Shown here: in pieces, positions 39,130 through 47,896 of the stretch
How positions within the stretch are numbered: position 1 is the stretch's first letter
How the letters are laid out: each line of letters starts with the position of its first letter
Origin: Thermoplasmata archaeon
Lineage (GTDB): Archaea; Thermoplasmatota; Thermoplasmata; Lutacidiplasmatales; UBA184
Length of the DNA stretch: 55,584 bases
NCBI GenBank assembly: GCA_030038605.1
Contig: JASHSU010000037.1
Span: forward strand, 1 to 55,584
Direction of reading: 5' to 3'
Translations under genes and position numbers: made by a program
The notes under the pieces: model-generated
What the model was told of the DNA's origin: nothing
Database searches by the model: none
Seen by the model: only the letters and a program-made list of their open reading frames with translations

Positions 39130-39356
39130 CGGTCGTCGCGCGGCGTCCGTGCGCGGACCCCGCGGCGGCGGAGCGGCTGCGCCAGGCGCTAGTGCCGGAC
39201 ACACCCGACTTCGTCGAGCTGCGGGTCGACGGCGCGGCGCTGGTCGTCACGACCCGGGGGAGCTCGGCGCGCAGTGTGCGGGCGACCCTCGAGGACCTCC
39301 TGGCCTGTGTCCAGGCCGCCGAGCGGGCGGCCCGCCCTCCGGCCGGCCCTAAGTAG
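39090..39356 (+). CDS. pcc1: KEOPS complex subunit Pcc1 (start uncertain)
   Basis: Manual translation ...VTVVARRPCADPAAAERLRQALVPDTPDFVELRVDGAALVVTTRGSSARSVRATLEDLLACVQAAE; not in the ORF track. Confidence 0.75.
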   Translation: MGAPVEEIPGVEVTVVARRPCADPAAAERLRQALVPDTPDFVELRVDGAALVVTTRGSSARSVRATLEDLLACVQAAERAARPPAGPK

Positions 39357-39358
39357 CG

Positions 39359-40279
39359 ATGCCCGGTCCCGAGCGCGTGTCCGACGTCCTCGCGACGGGG
39401 CGCCCCGCGCCGTCGCGGGGCCACGGGCGGTACGCGGCGGCGGTGCTGGTCACCGTGTTCGCGATCCTGAGCCAGTACTTTCTCCCCGACTGGGTACCGG
39501 CCCTGCGTCCCATCTACGGCTCGCTGGTCGGCGACCTGGCGGTCGTCTACGGCGTTCCGGTCGTCACGTTCGCCGTGCTGGTCGGCGCCGGGCCCCTCCG
39601 CCACTGGAAGGACCGGATGGGCGTCGCGACGGTCGAAGGACTCCGCTGGTACGGGCTGCTCTCGCTCCTCGGGCTGGCGATCGTCCTCGGGCTGGCGGTG
39701 CTCTACGAGGCCGTCGACCCGTCGGCGCTCCAGCTGCTCGACAAGCCGAACCCCGCCCTCCAACAGGCGGTCGGCGACCCCTGGCTCTACGTCGCCCTCT
39801 CGTTCGTCATCGGGGCGTTCGAGGAGACGATCTTCCGCGGATGGATCTACGGGTACTGGAAGAACTGGAAGGGCTCCTGGGTCGTACCCGCGACCGCCAC
39901 GAGCGTACTGTTCGCCGGTGTGCACCTGTACTACGCGACGACGTACACCCTCGCGGCGCCGCTCATCTTCCCGACCCTGTTCCTCCTCGGGTTCGCCTTC
40001 GCCGCGACCTACCAGGCTTCGGGGGGGAACCTGGTCGTGGTGGCCTTGCTGCACGGGGCGAACGACGCGACCGCCTACCTCACCCTCATCAACGCCCCGG
40101 TGGGCGACGCCCTGCACTACCTCGTCATCTTCGTGGGCGCGATCCTGGCCTTGGTCCTGTATCTTCGAACTCCACCCTCCGCGCCCCCGGTCGAGTGGGC
40201 CCCCGGTTTCGGACGGCCCGGCCCGACCGGGGCCACGGACCCGATGAGTGAGGCCCCGAATCCGTTCGGTCCTTCGTAG
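39359..40279 (+). CDS. CPBP/CAAX (Abi/Rce1-like) intramembrane glutamic protease
   Basis: EETIFRG, FAGVH, LHGAND; multiple TM. Confidence 0.92.
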   Translation: MPGPERVSDVLATGRPAPSRGHGRYAAAVLVTVFAILSQYFLPDWVPALRPIYGSLVGDLAVVYGVPVVTFAVLVGAGPLRHWKDRMGVATVEGLRWYGLLSLLGLAIVLGLAVLYEAVDPSALQLLDKPNPALQQAVGDPWLYVALSFVIGAFEETIFRGWIYGYWKNWKGSWVVPATATSVLFAGVHLYYATTYTLAAPLIFPTLFLLGFAFAATYQASGGNLVVVALLHGANDATAYLTLINAPVGDALHYLVIFVGAILALVLYLRTPPSAPPVEWAPGFGRPGPTGATDPMSEAPNPFGPS

Positions 40280-40372
40280 CACGCGACCGCTCGGGGCGCC
40301 CGGCACGGAGGGGCACGGAGCTTCCCGGAACGGCCCGCTAGCATCATGTAACGGACCCGTGTCCCCCCGCCG

Positions 40373-40807
40373 ATGAACCCGCCGGACGATACCCTGCGCC
40401 GGGCGCTGGAGCAGGCCCGCACGATCGCCGTGGTCGGCCTCTCCGACAAGCCGGAGCGGGACTCGTACGGCATCGCCCAGTACCTCCAGGGGGCCGGCTA
40501 CCGCATCGTTCCGGTGAATCCCCGGGTGGCCCAAGTGCTCGGCGAGCGCTCGTATCCCAGCGTCGGCGCGATCCCGGCCGACCTTCGGGTCGACCTCGTC
40601 GACGTCTTCCGTCGTTCGGAGGAGGTCCCGCCGATCGTCGACGAGGCGATCGCCCGTAAGGTCCCGCTGGTCTGGATGCAGTTGGGGGTGTCGAACGCCG
40701 AGGCGGCCGAGAAAGGTCGCGCGGCCGGTGTGACCGTCGTCGAGGACCGGTGCATCCGGGTCGACCACCGCCGCCTCGGCGTGCGGACCGGGGGAGTCGC
40801 CCGATGA
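40373..40807 (+). CDS. CoA-binding protein (YccU-like)
   Basis: TIAVVGLSDKPERDS, PVNP, VDVFRRS, VWMQLG, DRCI. Confidence 0.95.
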   Translation: MNPPDDTLRRALEQARTIAVVGLSDKPERDSYGIAQYLQGAGYRIVPVNPRVAQVLGERSYPSVGAIPADLRVDLVDVFRRSEEVPPIVDEAIARKVPLVWMQLGVSNAEAAEKGRAAGVTVVEDRCIRVDHRRLGVRTGGVAR

Positions 40808-41583
40808 GCGGACCGGCACCGCCGGCGAAGGTGGCCGCGGCGTCCCCCTCCGTGCGATCCGGGACGGTCGAGGACCGCGGCGTCATGCGACGGGACTCCG
40901 TCCACGCGGCCCGCTGGCTCGTCGACGGCTCGGCGAAGGCGACGGGCGCGGTCGACGTGGGGTCGCTCGAGGTTCAGGGCTCGCTCTCGGTGGGCGGGAT
41001 GCTGAGCGCGGACACGCTGACGGTCCGCGGACGCCTGGACGCGGGGGCGGCGGTCCAGGTCGCCGGCGCCCTCACCTCGGACGGCGGCTTCCGAGCCACG
41101 GGGCCGGTCACGGCCCGTCAGGCTACGTTCGACGGGGCGAGCCGGGTCACCGGTGACGTCACCGTCGAGGCGACGCTCGCCCTCCGCGGGCAGTTCGCGG
41201 CCGCCGCGCTGCACGTCGGCGAGTTGCGGGGCGACGGGGCCGTCCAGGTGGTTGGAGAACTTCGCGCGGGTGCGGTCGACCTCCGGCTCAAGGGGGAAAG
41301 CCGGTTCGGGGTCATCCGCGCCCGCTCGGTCCGGCTCCTTCGGGCCTCCGCCAATCCGGTCGAGATGGTGCTCGGGGGCGGCGTGCCGACCCCGGTGGAG
41401 CGTATCGAGGCCGACCGGGTGGAGCTCGAGGGCGTCGACGCCGACTTCGTTCACTGCCCCGAGGTGATCCTCGGGCGGGACGCTCACATCTCCGAGCTGG
41501 AAGGGACGGTCGTGCGTCAGCACGGGAGCGCGAGCGTAGGCCCCCGGTCGAAGACGCCCCCGCCGTACGGGCTCTCGCGCTGA
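40804..41583 (+). CDS. Polymer-forming cytoskeletal (bactofilin-like, YhbE/YhbF-type) beta-helix protein
   Basis: ATGA-coupled at 40804; repeated V.G.L.V.G units; C-terminal IEADRVELE...A..V....VILG....I. Confidence 0.7.
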   Translation: MSGPAPPAKVAAASPSVRSGTVEDRGVMRRDSVHAARWLVDGSAKATGAVDVGSLEVQGSLSVGGMLSADTLTVRGRLDAGAAVQVAGALTSDGGFRATGPVTARQATFDGASRVTGDVTVEATLALRGQFAAAALHVGELRGDGAVQVVGELRAGAVDLRLKGESRFGVIRARSVRLLRASANPVEMVLGGGVPTPVERIEADRVELEGVDADFVHCPEVILGRDAHISELEGTVVRQHGSASVGPRSKTPPPYGLSR

Positions 41584-41628
41584 CCCGCCCGTAGGACTTT
41601 ATCTCCCGGACACACGTCCTCGCGGGCC

Positions 41629-44592
41629 ATGTCGACCGAGGAGGCGGGCGGCGGCGCTCCGTCCGCGCACGTCATCCAGCAGCGCGTCCGCGCCTACTGG
41701 GAGGCGACCGGCGTGGTCGCCCGCGCCCTGGAGGTCCCCGAGGAGGGACCTGTCTTCCGGTTCACCGAGGGACCCCCCACCGCCAACGGTCCGCCGCACA
41801 TGGGCCATCTCGTGGCCCGCGTGTTCAAGGACCTGCAGTTGCGGTACCGCCGCCAGAAGGGCGACCGCGTCGTCTCTCTGATGGCCGGCTGGGACTGCCA
41901 CGGCCTGCCGGTCGAGCTCGAGATCGAGAAGCGTCACGGCTTGAAATCGAAGAAAGAGATCGAGACGTACGGCGTGGAGCGGTTCTGCGACGAGTGCCGG
42001 GCGAGCACGCTCGAGGTCGCGGACGTCTGGCGCGCCATGAGCGGACGCCTCGCCTACTGGCTCGATTACGACCACGCCTACCGCACGATGGACCCGGCGT
42101 ACATCGAGAGCGTCTGGTGGTCGCTGCGGACGCTCTTCGACCACGGGCTCCTCGAGAAGGGTCACTACGTCCTGCCCTACTGTCCCCGGTGCGAGACCCC
42201 GCTCGCCTCCCACGAAGTCGCCCAGGGCCACCGCGAGGCGACCGACCCGTCCGTCACCGTGCGGTTCCCGCTCACGAACGCGACGCGCCCCCGTGACCTC
42301 CTCGTCTGGACGACCACGCCCTGGACGCTACCGGCCAACCTCCTCGTTGCGGTCCGCGCCGACCTGGAGTACGCTGTGGTCGCCGACCCGGACGGACAGG
42401 AGTTCGTCCTCGCCTCGAGCGCCGTCCCCCGATACTTCCCGGCGGACGTGCGGGTGGTCGAGCGCCTCCCGGGCCGTGACCTCGCCGACCTCGTCTATCG
42501 CCCTCCGTTCGACGTCGCGGGACCCGGTGCCCACCGCTACCGGGTCGTCCTCGACGACTTCGTCACTGCCGAGGAGGGGACGGGGGTCGTGCACGTCGCC
42601 CCGAGCTTCGGACCGGACGACCAGCGCGTCGGAGCCCGCGAACAGGTCGGGGTGTTCGACCCGCTCGACGGTCGCGGCCTGTTCACGGACCGGGTCCCGC
42701 TCGTCCGGGGCCGGTTCTTCAAGCAGGCCGACCCGATCCTGATGAAGGACCTGGCCGCCCGGGGCCTCGTCTTCCGCTCGGAGACGATCCGCCATGTCTA
42801 CCCATTCTGTTGGCGGTGCGACACGGCGCTGCTCTACCGGGCGATCGACTCGTGGTTCGTCCGTACGTCCCGGTTCACCGAGCGCCTCGTCCGGCACAAC
42901 GCGACGGTGACGTGGGTCCCCACCTACCTGCGGGACGGCCGGTTCGGCAACTTCCTCACCGAGGCGAAGGACTGGGCCCTCTCGCGGAATCGGTACTGGG
43001 GGACGCCGCTGCCGATCTGGATGTGCCCGACGGGCCACGCGACGTGCGTCGGCAGCTTTGAGGAGCTGGCCCGGCTGCAGGGCGCCCCGCTCCCCCAGCC
43101 GTTCGACCCGCACCGGGTGCAGGCGGACCGGATCACGTTCGCGTGCCCCCACTGCGGGTTGACCAGCCGGCGGGAGCCGTACACGATCGACGCGTGGTAC
43201 GACAGCGGGTCGGCGCCGTTCGCCCAGTTCCACTACCCGTTCGAGCCGAGCCCCTTCGACCCGCGGGGGGCGCTCGACCACGTCGCGGAGGGCCTCGACC
43301 AGACGCGGGGATGGTTCTACTCGATGCTCGTCCTCGCAACGTCCCTCTTCGACCGGCCGGCGTACCGCTCGGCGCTGGCGACCGGGATGGTCCTGGACGA
43401 GAGCGGGCGGAAGATGTCCAAGTCCAAGGGGAACGTCCTGGAGCCGATCCCGCTCCTCGACCGTGTCGGAGCTGACCCGGTCCGCTGGACGTTCCTCGCG
43501 GTCGACTTCACCGAACCGATGCGGATCGGGGAGACGACCATCCAGAAGTCGGCCGGGCGGACCCTCGGTGCACTCGCGAACCTGGTCGCGTTCCACACCC
43601 AGAACGCCCGGGCCGACGGGCTTCCCGCGGTGACCTCCCCCCCGGACGCGGCCTCCGCCCTCGACCGGTGGATGCTCTCCCGGCTGGAGGCGACGCGGGC
43701 CGACGTGACGGCGGCGCTCGACGCCTTTGACCCCCGGGGCGCCGTCGTCGCGCTGCGGACGCTGGTCGACGACCTCTCGAACTGGTACGTCCGCCGATCG
43801 CGACCCCGGTTCTGGGGCGCCACGACGCCGGAGGACCGCCGGGCGGCGCACGCCACGCTCTCGTACACCCTCGTCGGGGTGGCGCGACTTCTCGCCCCCC
43901 TCCTCCCGCACACCGCCGAGTGGGTCTACCAGGAGGTCGGCGAGCGCGGCTTCCGCTCCGCAGACGACTCGGTGCACCTGACCCGCTGGCCGGACCAGCT
44001 GGCGACGCGCGACCGCGTGCTCGAACAGGCGATGGACGAGGTGCGGGCCCAGGTGGAGGTCGGACGGGAGCTCCGTCAGCGGGCCGAGGTCAAGGCCCGG
44101 ATCCCGCTCGAAGAACTCGTCCTGGTCGGCCCCGCGACCCCGGCGTCCGCCGCCCTCGGTCCGGAGGGGGACCGACTCCTCGCGGACGAGCTCAACGTCA
44201 CCCGCGTACGTCGGGTCGCGTCCGGCGACGCTTCGATGTTCCCGGCCTCGGACTGGGTCGTCCGGGAGGACGGGGGCACCGTGCGGGCGGCCCTGCCCCG
44301 CGCGCCGACCCCGGCCCTCCGGGCCGAGGGCTGGTTCCGCGAGGTGACCCGTCGGCTCCAGCAGACCCGCAAGGAGGCCGGTCTGCGTCCCTCGGACCAC
44401 ATCGACCTCACGGTGGCGTCCACCGGGGAGGTCCTCGCCGCCCTTCGCGCTCGGGAGGGCCGGCTGCGCGACGAGCTCCTCGCGGAACGGCTGGAGCTGG
44501 TCGACGGGGACCTCGCCGAGGGGGACGGCGTCCGTCGGTGGGACCTGGACGGCACCGCGTTCAGTGCGCGGCTCGTCCGATGGGCGGCGTGA
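41629..44592 (+). CDS. ileS: Isoleucyl-tRNA synthetase (type 2)
   Basis: EGPPTANG.PHMGH, GWDCHGLPVE, WTTTPWTLP, DWALSRNRYWGTPLP, EGLDQTRGWFY, KMSKS. Confidence 0.98.
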   Translation: MSTEEAGGGAPSAHVIQQRVRAYWEATGVVARALEVPEEGPVFRFTEGPPTANGPPHMGHLVARVFKDLQLRYRRQKGDRVVSLMAGWDCHGLPVELEIEKRHGLKSKKEIETYGVERFCDECRASTLEVADVWRAMSGRLAYWLDYDHAYRTMDPAYIESVWWSLRTLFDHGLLEKGHYVLPYCPRCETPLASHEVAQGHREATDPSVTVRFPLTNATRPRDLLVWTTTPWTLPANLLVAVRADLEYAVVADPDGQEFVLASSAVPRYFPADVRVVERLPGRDLADLVYRPPFDVAGPGAHRYRVVLDDFVTAEEGTGVVHVAPSFGPDDQRVGAREQVGVFDPLDGRGLFTDRVPLVRGRFFKQADPILMKDLAARGLVFRSETIRHVYPFCWRCDTALLYRAIDSWFVRTSRFTERLVRHNATVTWVPTYLRDGRFGNFLTEAKDWALSRNRYWGTPLPIWMCPTGHATCVGSFEELARLQGAPLPQPFDPHRVQADRITFACPHCGLTSRREPYTIDAWYDSGSAPFAQFHYPFEPSPFDPRGALDHVAEGLDQTRGWFYSMLVLATSLFDRPAYRSALATGMVLDESGRKMSKSKGNVLEPIPLLDRVGADPVRWTFLAVDFTEPMRIGETTIQKSAGRTLGALANLVAFHTQNARADGLPAVTSPPDAASALDRWMLSRLEATRADVTAALDAFDPRGAVVALRTLVDDLSNWYVRRSRPRFWGATTPEDRRAAHATLSYTLVGVARLLAPLLPHTAEWVYQEVGERGFRSADDSVHLTRWPDQLATRDRVLEQAMDEVRAQVEVGRELRQRAEVKARIPLEELVLVGPATPASAALGPEGDRLLADELNVTRVRRVASGDASMFPASDWVVREDGGTVRAALPRAPTPALRAEGWFREVTRRLQQTRKEAGLRPSDHIDLTVASTGEVLAALRAREGRLRDELLAERLELVDGDLAEGDGVRRWDLDGTAFSARLVRWAA

Positions 44593-45202
44593 ACGGTTCC
44601 CGGTGGACCGCCCCGTGCGGACGCGTTTCGACGAACACCTCGGCCTCGAAGCGACGGACCCGCACCCGTCGGTCCTGCCAGGCGTCGGGGGGCAGCCCGG
44701 CCTTTTGGCAGGTCCCCTCGAGCAGCTCGACGGCGCCCCACCCTTGCTCCGTGGCCACTTGTGGCAGCAGAAGCCCGCTGGTGCCGTACCCGTCAATGAT
44801 CAGACCGTCCCGGCCGGCGACGACCGCCGCGGCGACGGCCCGCGGGTCCGACCCCGGCACGACCTGGGGGATCGTCAGGGCGGACACCTCGACCGTCAAC
44901 GCATCCATCTCCGACGGAGCGACCGGCGGGAATCGGGGGTCCTCGGTCGCGGCGGCGACCGCGACGTCCCGGATCGCCGTACCGAGCGGCGCGACCGGGA
45001 GCGGATACCCGATGCAGCCCCGCAGTTCGCCGCTCGGGAACTGCTTCAACGTCACGAAGACGCCCCGCGCCTCGTGGAACGCCCGGGGCAGCCCCTCGTC
45101 GTCCGGCAACGCCGAGCCCCGGGGGGCCCCCACGTCCAGGGACCGCTCGATCGCCACGCGGGCGAGGTGCACGGCCCGCTCACCGTCGGCGTCGGAGAGC
45201 AT
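44561..45202 (-). CDS. AMMECR1-domain protein (TIGR00296-like)
   Basis: GVFVTL, LRGCIG, DPRFPP, VEVSALT, GLLLPQVA, C.KAGL. Confidence 0.95.
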   Translation of the reverse strand: MLSDADGERAVHLARVAIERSLDVGAPRGSALPDDEGLPRAFHEARGVFVTLKQFPSGELRGCIGYPLPVAPLGTAIRDVAVAAATEDPRFPPVAPSEMDALTVEVSALTIPQVVPGSDPRAVAAAVVAGRDGLIIDGYGTSGLLLPQVATEQGWGAVELLEGTCQKAGLPPDAWQDRRVRVRRFEAEVFVETRPHGAVHREPFTPPIGRAAH

Positions 45203-45285
45203 GACCGGGGGAGGGACCGCTCGCGGAAATCGGTTCCCCGCCGGTCGTTCGCCTTTTATAGGCCGGACTAGGTCCCGCCGTCCTC

Positions 45286-45438
45286 ATGCCGTTCCCCGAG
45301 GCGGTCGAGCGCCTGCTCAACAAGAAGATCTGCATGAACTGCTCGGCCCGGAATCCGCCCAAGGCCGTCCAGTGCCGGCGCTGCGGCTACCACGGCCTGC
45401 GGGTGAAGTCGCGCGAGCGGTCCGGCAAGACCGCCTAG
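45286..45438 (+). CDS. rpl40e: 50S ribosomal protein L40e
   Basis: Manual translation [57 protein letters not shown] 45254-45260, 25 nt upstream. Confidence 0.97.
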   Translation: MPFPEAVERLLNKKICMNCSARNPPKAVQCRRCGYHGLRVKSRERSGKTA

Positions 45439-45444
45439 GCCGGC

Positions 45445-46239
45445 TCACGCCGGCGGGGCGCGGGACTCGGTCTCCCGCCCGAACGGAGTCGGGGCCCCCA
45501 TCTTGAGCTCCCGGGCGACCGCGAGGCGCTTGCGCACGAGGAACAGGAAGTTCCGGGACCCGTCCCGCCAGCTGGACAGCTTGGGCAGTCCCCACCGCTC
45601 GCCGTAGCGGATCGGCACTTCCGCGACCTTGAGGCCGCGCAGGATCGCCTCGACCTTCAACTCCTCGCTGAACGCCATCCCGTCCTGCGTGAGGGCGACC
45701 CGGTCCAGGACCGACCGGCGGAACACCCAGAAGCCGGACTGGCTGTCCTCCAGCGTCCGCGCGGGCAGTTCCTTGAGGTAGTGATGGTAGGCGACGTGGA
45801 GGAACGTGTTGAGGATCCAGTTGCCGATCCGGTGCTCCGTCGTCATCGACCGGCGGTCGAGATACGCCATGCGATTGCCGGTCAGGAAGTCCAGGTGGTG
45901 GTCGAGTAGCTCACGGACCAGCCGGGGGATCTCCGCGACGGGATACGTACCGTCCCCGTCGGACGTCGCCAGGATCTCCCCCGTCGCGGCGGCGAACCCG
46001 GTCTTGTAGGCGCGGCCGTACCCCCGCCGTCGCTCGACCAGGACCCGGGCGCCCTCCTGGGCGGCGATCGTTCCCGTCCCGTCCGTCGACGCCCCGTCCA
46101 CGACCAGGACCTCCCACGTGATCGGGTCGCTCGCGAACTCGGCCCGGTTGGCGGCGTCGGCCGCGGCCCGGAACGTCCGCAGGACGTTCCCGATGGAGCC
46201 CGATTCGTTGAGGGTCGGGATGACGAGCGAGGCTCGCAT
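45445..46239 (-). CDS. GT2 glycosyltransferase (DPM1-like polyprenol-phosphate sugar synthase)
   Basis: MRASLVIPTLNE, VVDGASTDGT, GYGRA, DGDGTYP, DSQSGF. Confidence 0.93.
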   Translation of the reverse strand: MRASLVIPTLNESGSIGNVLRTFRAAADAANRAEFASDPITWEVLVVDGASTDGTGTIAAQEGARVLVERRRGYGRAYKTGFAAATGEILATSDGDGTYPVAEIPRLVRELLDHHLDFLTGNRMAYLDRRSMTTEHRIGNWILNTFLHVAYHHYLKELPARTLEDSQSGFWVFRRSVLDRVALTQDGMAFSEELKVEAILRGLKVAEVPIRYGERWGLPKLSSWRDGSRNFLFLVRKRLAVARELKMGAPTPFGRETESRAPPA

Positions 46240-46264
46240 CGCCGACCAAGGGTGCGTCAGCCCC

Positions 46265-46269
46265 TTTAA
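46265..46269. promoter_or_regulatory. Shared bidirectional TATA-like element for GT2 and archease
   Basis: TTTAA is 25 nt from ATG 46239 (-) and 24 nt from ACG 46294 (+). Confidence 0.55.
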
Positions 46270-46293
46270 CCCCTCGCCGCCCCTCCGGCGACC

Positions 46294-46740
46294 ACGTCGT
46301 CCCACGCTGCCCGCGCCCCGCCGGCCCGCCGGTGGGGGAGTTTTCCGACGACCGCCGATGTCGGCGTCTGGGCCCGGGGCGCGAACGCCGCGGCGCTCCT
46401 GGAGGGGCTCGGACTCGGCCTGTTCGCGTTGATGACCGACCTGCGCACGGTCCGGGCGGTCGAGGAGCGGGCCGTCAGCGCCTCCGGCGACGATCCGTCG
46501 AGCCTGGTGGTCGCCTACCTGAGCGAGTTGCTCCGGCTTCAGTCCGAGGGCGACTTTCTCGTCCGCGCGGTCGAAGCACGGCCGGTCGGTTCACCGCCCA
46601 CGGCGGTCGTGGCGAGCGTGCGGGGCGAGACGTTCGACCCGAGTCGCCACCCGGTGAAGACCGAGGTGAAGGCCATCACGTTCCACCGCCTCGAATTCGA
46701 CACCGCCCGGGGTCGGGCCCGGGTCATCGTCGATATCTGA
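46294..46740 (+). CDS. Archease (probable ACG start)
   Basis: TADVGVWARG...LF.LMTD, YLSELL, GE.FDP.RH...EVKAITFH, C-terminal VDI; the conserved N-terminus lies upstream of the ORF-track start at 46429. Confidence 0.9.
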   Translation, partial: TSSHAARAPPARRWGSFPTTADVGVWARGANAAALLEGLGLGLFALMTDLRTVRAVEERAVSASGDDPSSLVVAYLSELLRLQSEGDFLVRAVEARPVGSPPTAVVASVRGETFDPSRHPVKTEVKAITFHRLEFDTARGRARVIVDI

Positions 46741-46756
46741 TCGACCCCGCCGGTCG

Positions 46757-47896
46757 TCAGGGCATGTGGTCGACCACGGCGCGGACGCCGGCCCCGGGCG
46801 CGGGCAGTCGGCCGTGTCGGGCGAGGATCCGCTCGAGCGCCGCGAAGGTGACGAGGACGTCCGGCCAGTCGGCGATGCCCATGTGACCGATCCGGAAGAT
46901 CTTGCCGGTGGCCGCGCCCTGCCCGCCCTGGACCAGGATGTTGTACTCCTTCTCCAGGGTCTTGCGGACCTCGGGGTCGCCGAGCCCGTCCGGGTTGCGG
47001 AACGCCGTGACCGTGTCGGACGCATGCGACTTGACGGGGAACAGCTCCAAACCGAGCGCCTCACCCGCGGCCCGGCAGGCCTCGGCGAGTCGGCGGCTGT
47101 GCGCCAGCCGGTGGTCGAGTCCCTCTTCCTTGAGGAGCAGCAGCGCTTCGCGCAGGGCGAGAAACAACGGTACCGCCGGCGTCCAGGGAGTATCGTTCTT
47201 CTCGAGCGGAGTCACGTGGGCCTTGAGGTCAAGGTAGAACGACCCGGGGTGCAAGGCGGCGACGGCCCGGTCCGAGAGGTGGACGAGGGCGAGCCCCGCC
47301 GGCGCGGCGAGCCCCTTCTGGGAGCCCCCGACGATCGCGTCGATCCCCCACTCCCGGATCTGGATCGGTATCCCCGCCACGGCGCTGATCCCGTCGACCA
47401 GCAGGAGCGGTGAGCCGGCGCGCTTGACCTCGGCGGCGATGCCCCCCAGGTCGTTGGTGAGGCCGACGCTGGTCTCGTTGTGCACGAGGCAGACTGCGCT
47501 CACGTCGCCCTTCTCGAGCTCGGCGCGGACGGCCGAAGGGGCGATCGGCTGACCCCACGGCGCAGCGATCGTCGTGACATTCTTCGCGTACTTCCGGACG
47601 ATCTTGTCGCTCCGCTCGCCGAAGTTGCCGTTGGAGAGAACGACGACCCGACCCTCGGCCGGCAGGAGCGAGGAATACATCGCTTCCAATCCGGCCGTGC
47701 CGCTACCGCTCAGGACGACCTGGGTGCCGGTCGTGCCGAACATCACGGGCAACAGGTCCCGGATCTCCTTGACGACGCCGTGGAAGTAGTCCCCGCGGTG
47801 GTTGAGCGACGACGTCGCCATCGCCCGCAGGACCCGCGGATGGATCTTCACCGGGCCGGCGATCAGGAACGTCGCGGTCTCCGGGTCGAACGTCAT
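46757..47896 (-). CDS. Class V PLP aminotransferase (serine-pyruvate/archaeal phosphoserine aminotransferase-like)
   Basis: ATGA-coupled at 47896; GSGTAGLEA, VHNETSVG, VDGIS, GSQKGLAAP, TPWTP, FRIGHMG. Confidence 0.92.
   Translation of the reverse strand: MTFDPETATFLIAGPVKIHPRVLRAMATSSLNHRGDYFHGVVKEIRDLLPVMFGTTGTQVVLSGSGTAGLEAMYSSLLPAEGRVVVLSNGNFGERSDKIVRKYAKNVTTIAAPWGQPIAPSAVRAELEKGDVSAVCLVHNETSVGLTNDLGGIAAEVKRAGSPLLLVDGISAVAGIPIQIREWGIDAIVGGSQKGLAAPAGLALVHLSDRAVAALHPGSFYLDLKAHVTPLEKNDTPWTPAVPLFLALREALLLLKEEGLDHRLAHSRRLAEACRAAGEALGLELFPVKSHASDTVTAFRNPDGLGDPEVRKTLEKEYNILVQGGQGAATGKIFRIGHMGIADWPDVLVTFAALERILARHGRLPAPGAGVRAVVDHMP

Noticed and set aside
39359..40279. Abi-family protease as a phage abortive-infection system
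   Set aside because: CPBP/CAAX proteases are housekeeping membrane proteases, and there is no defence context here
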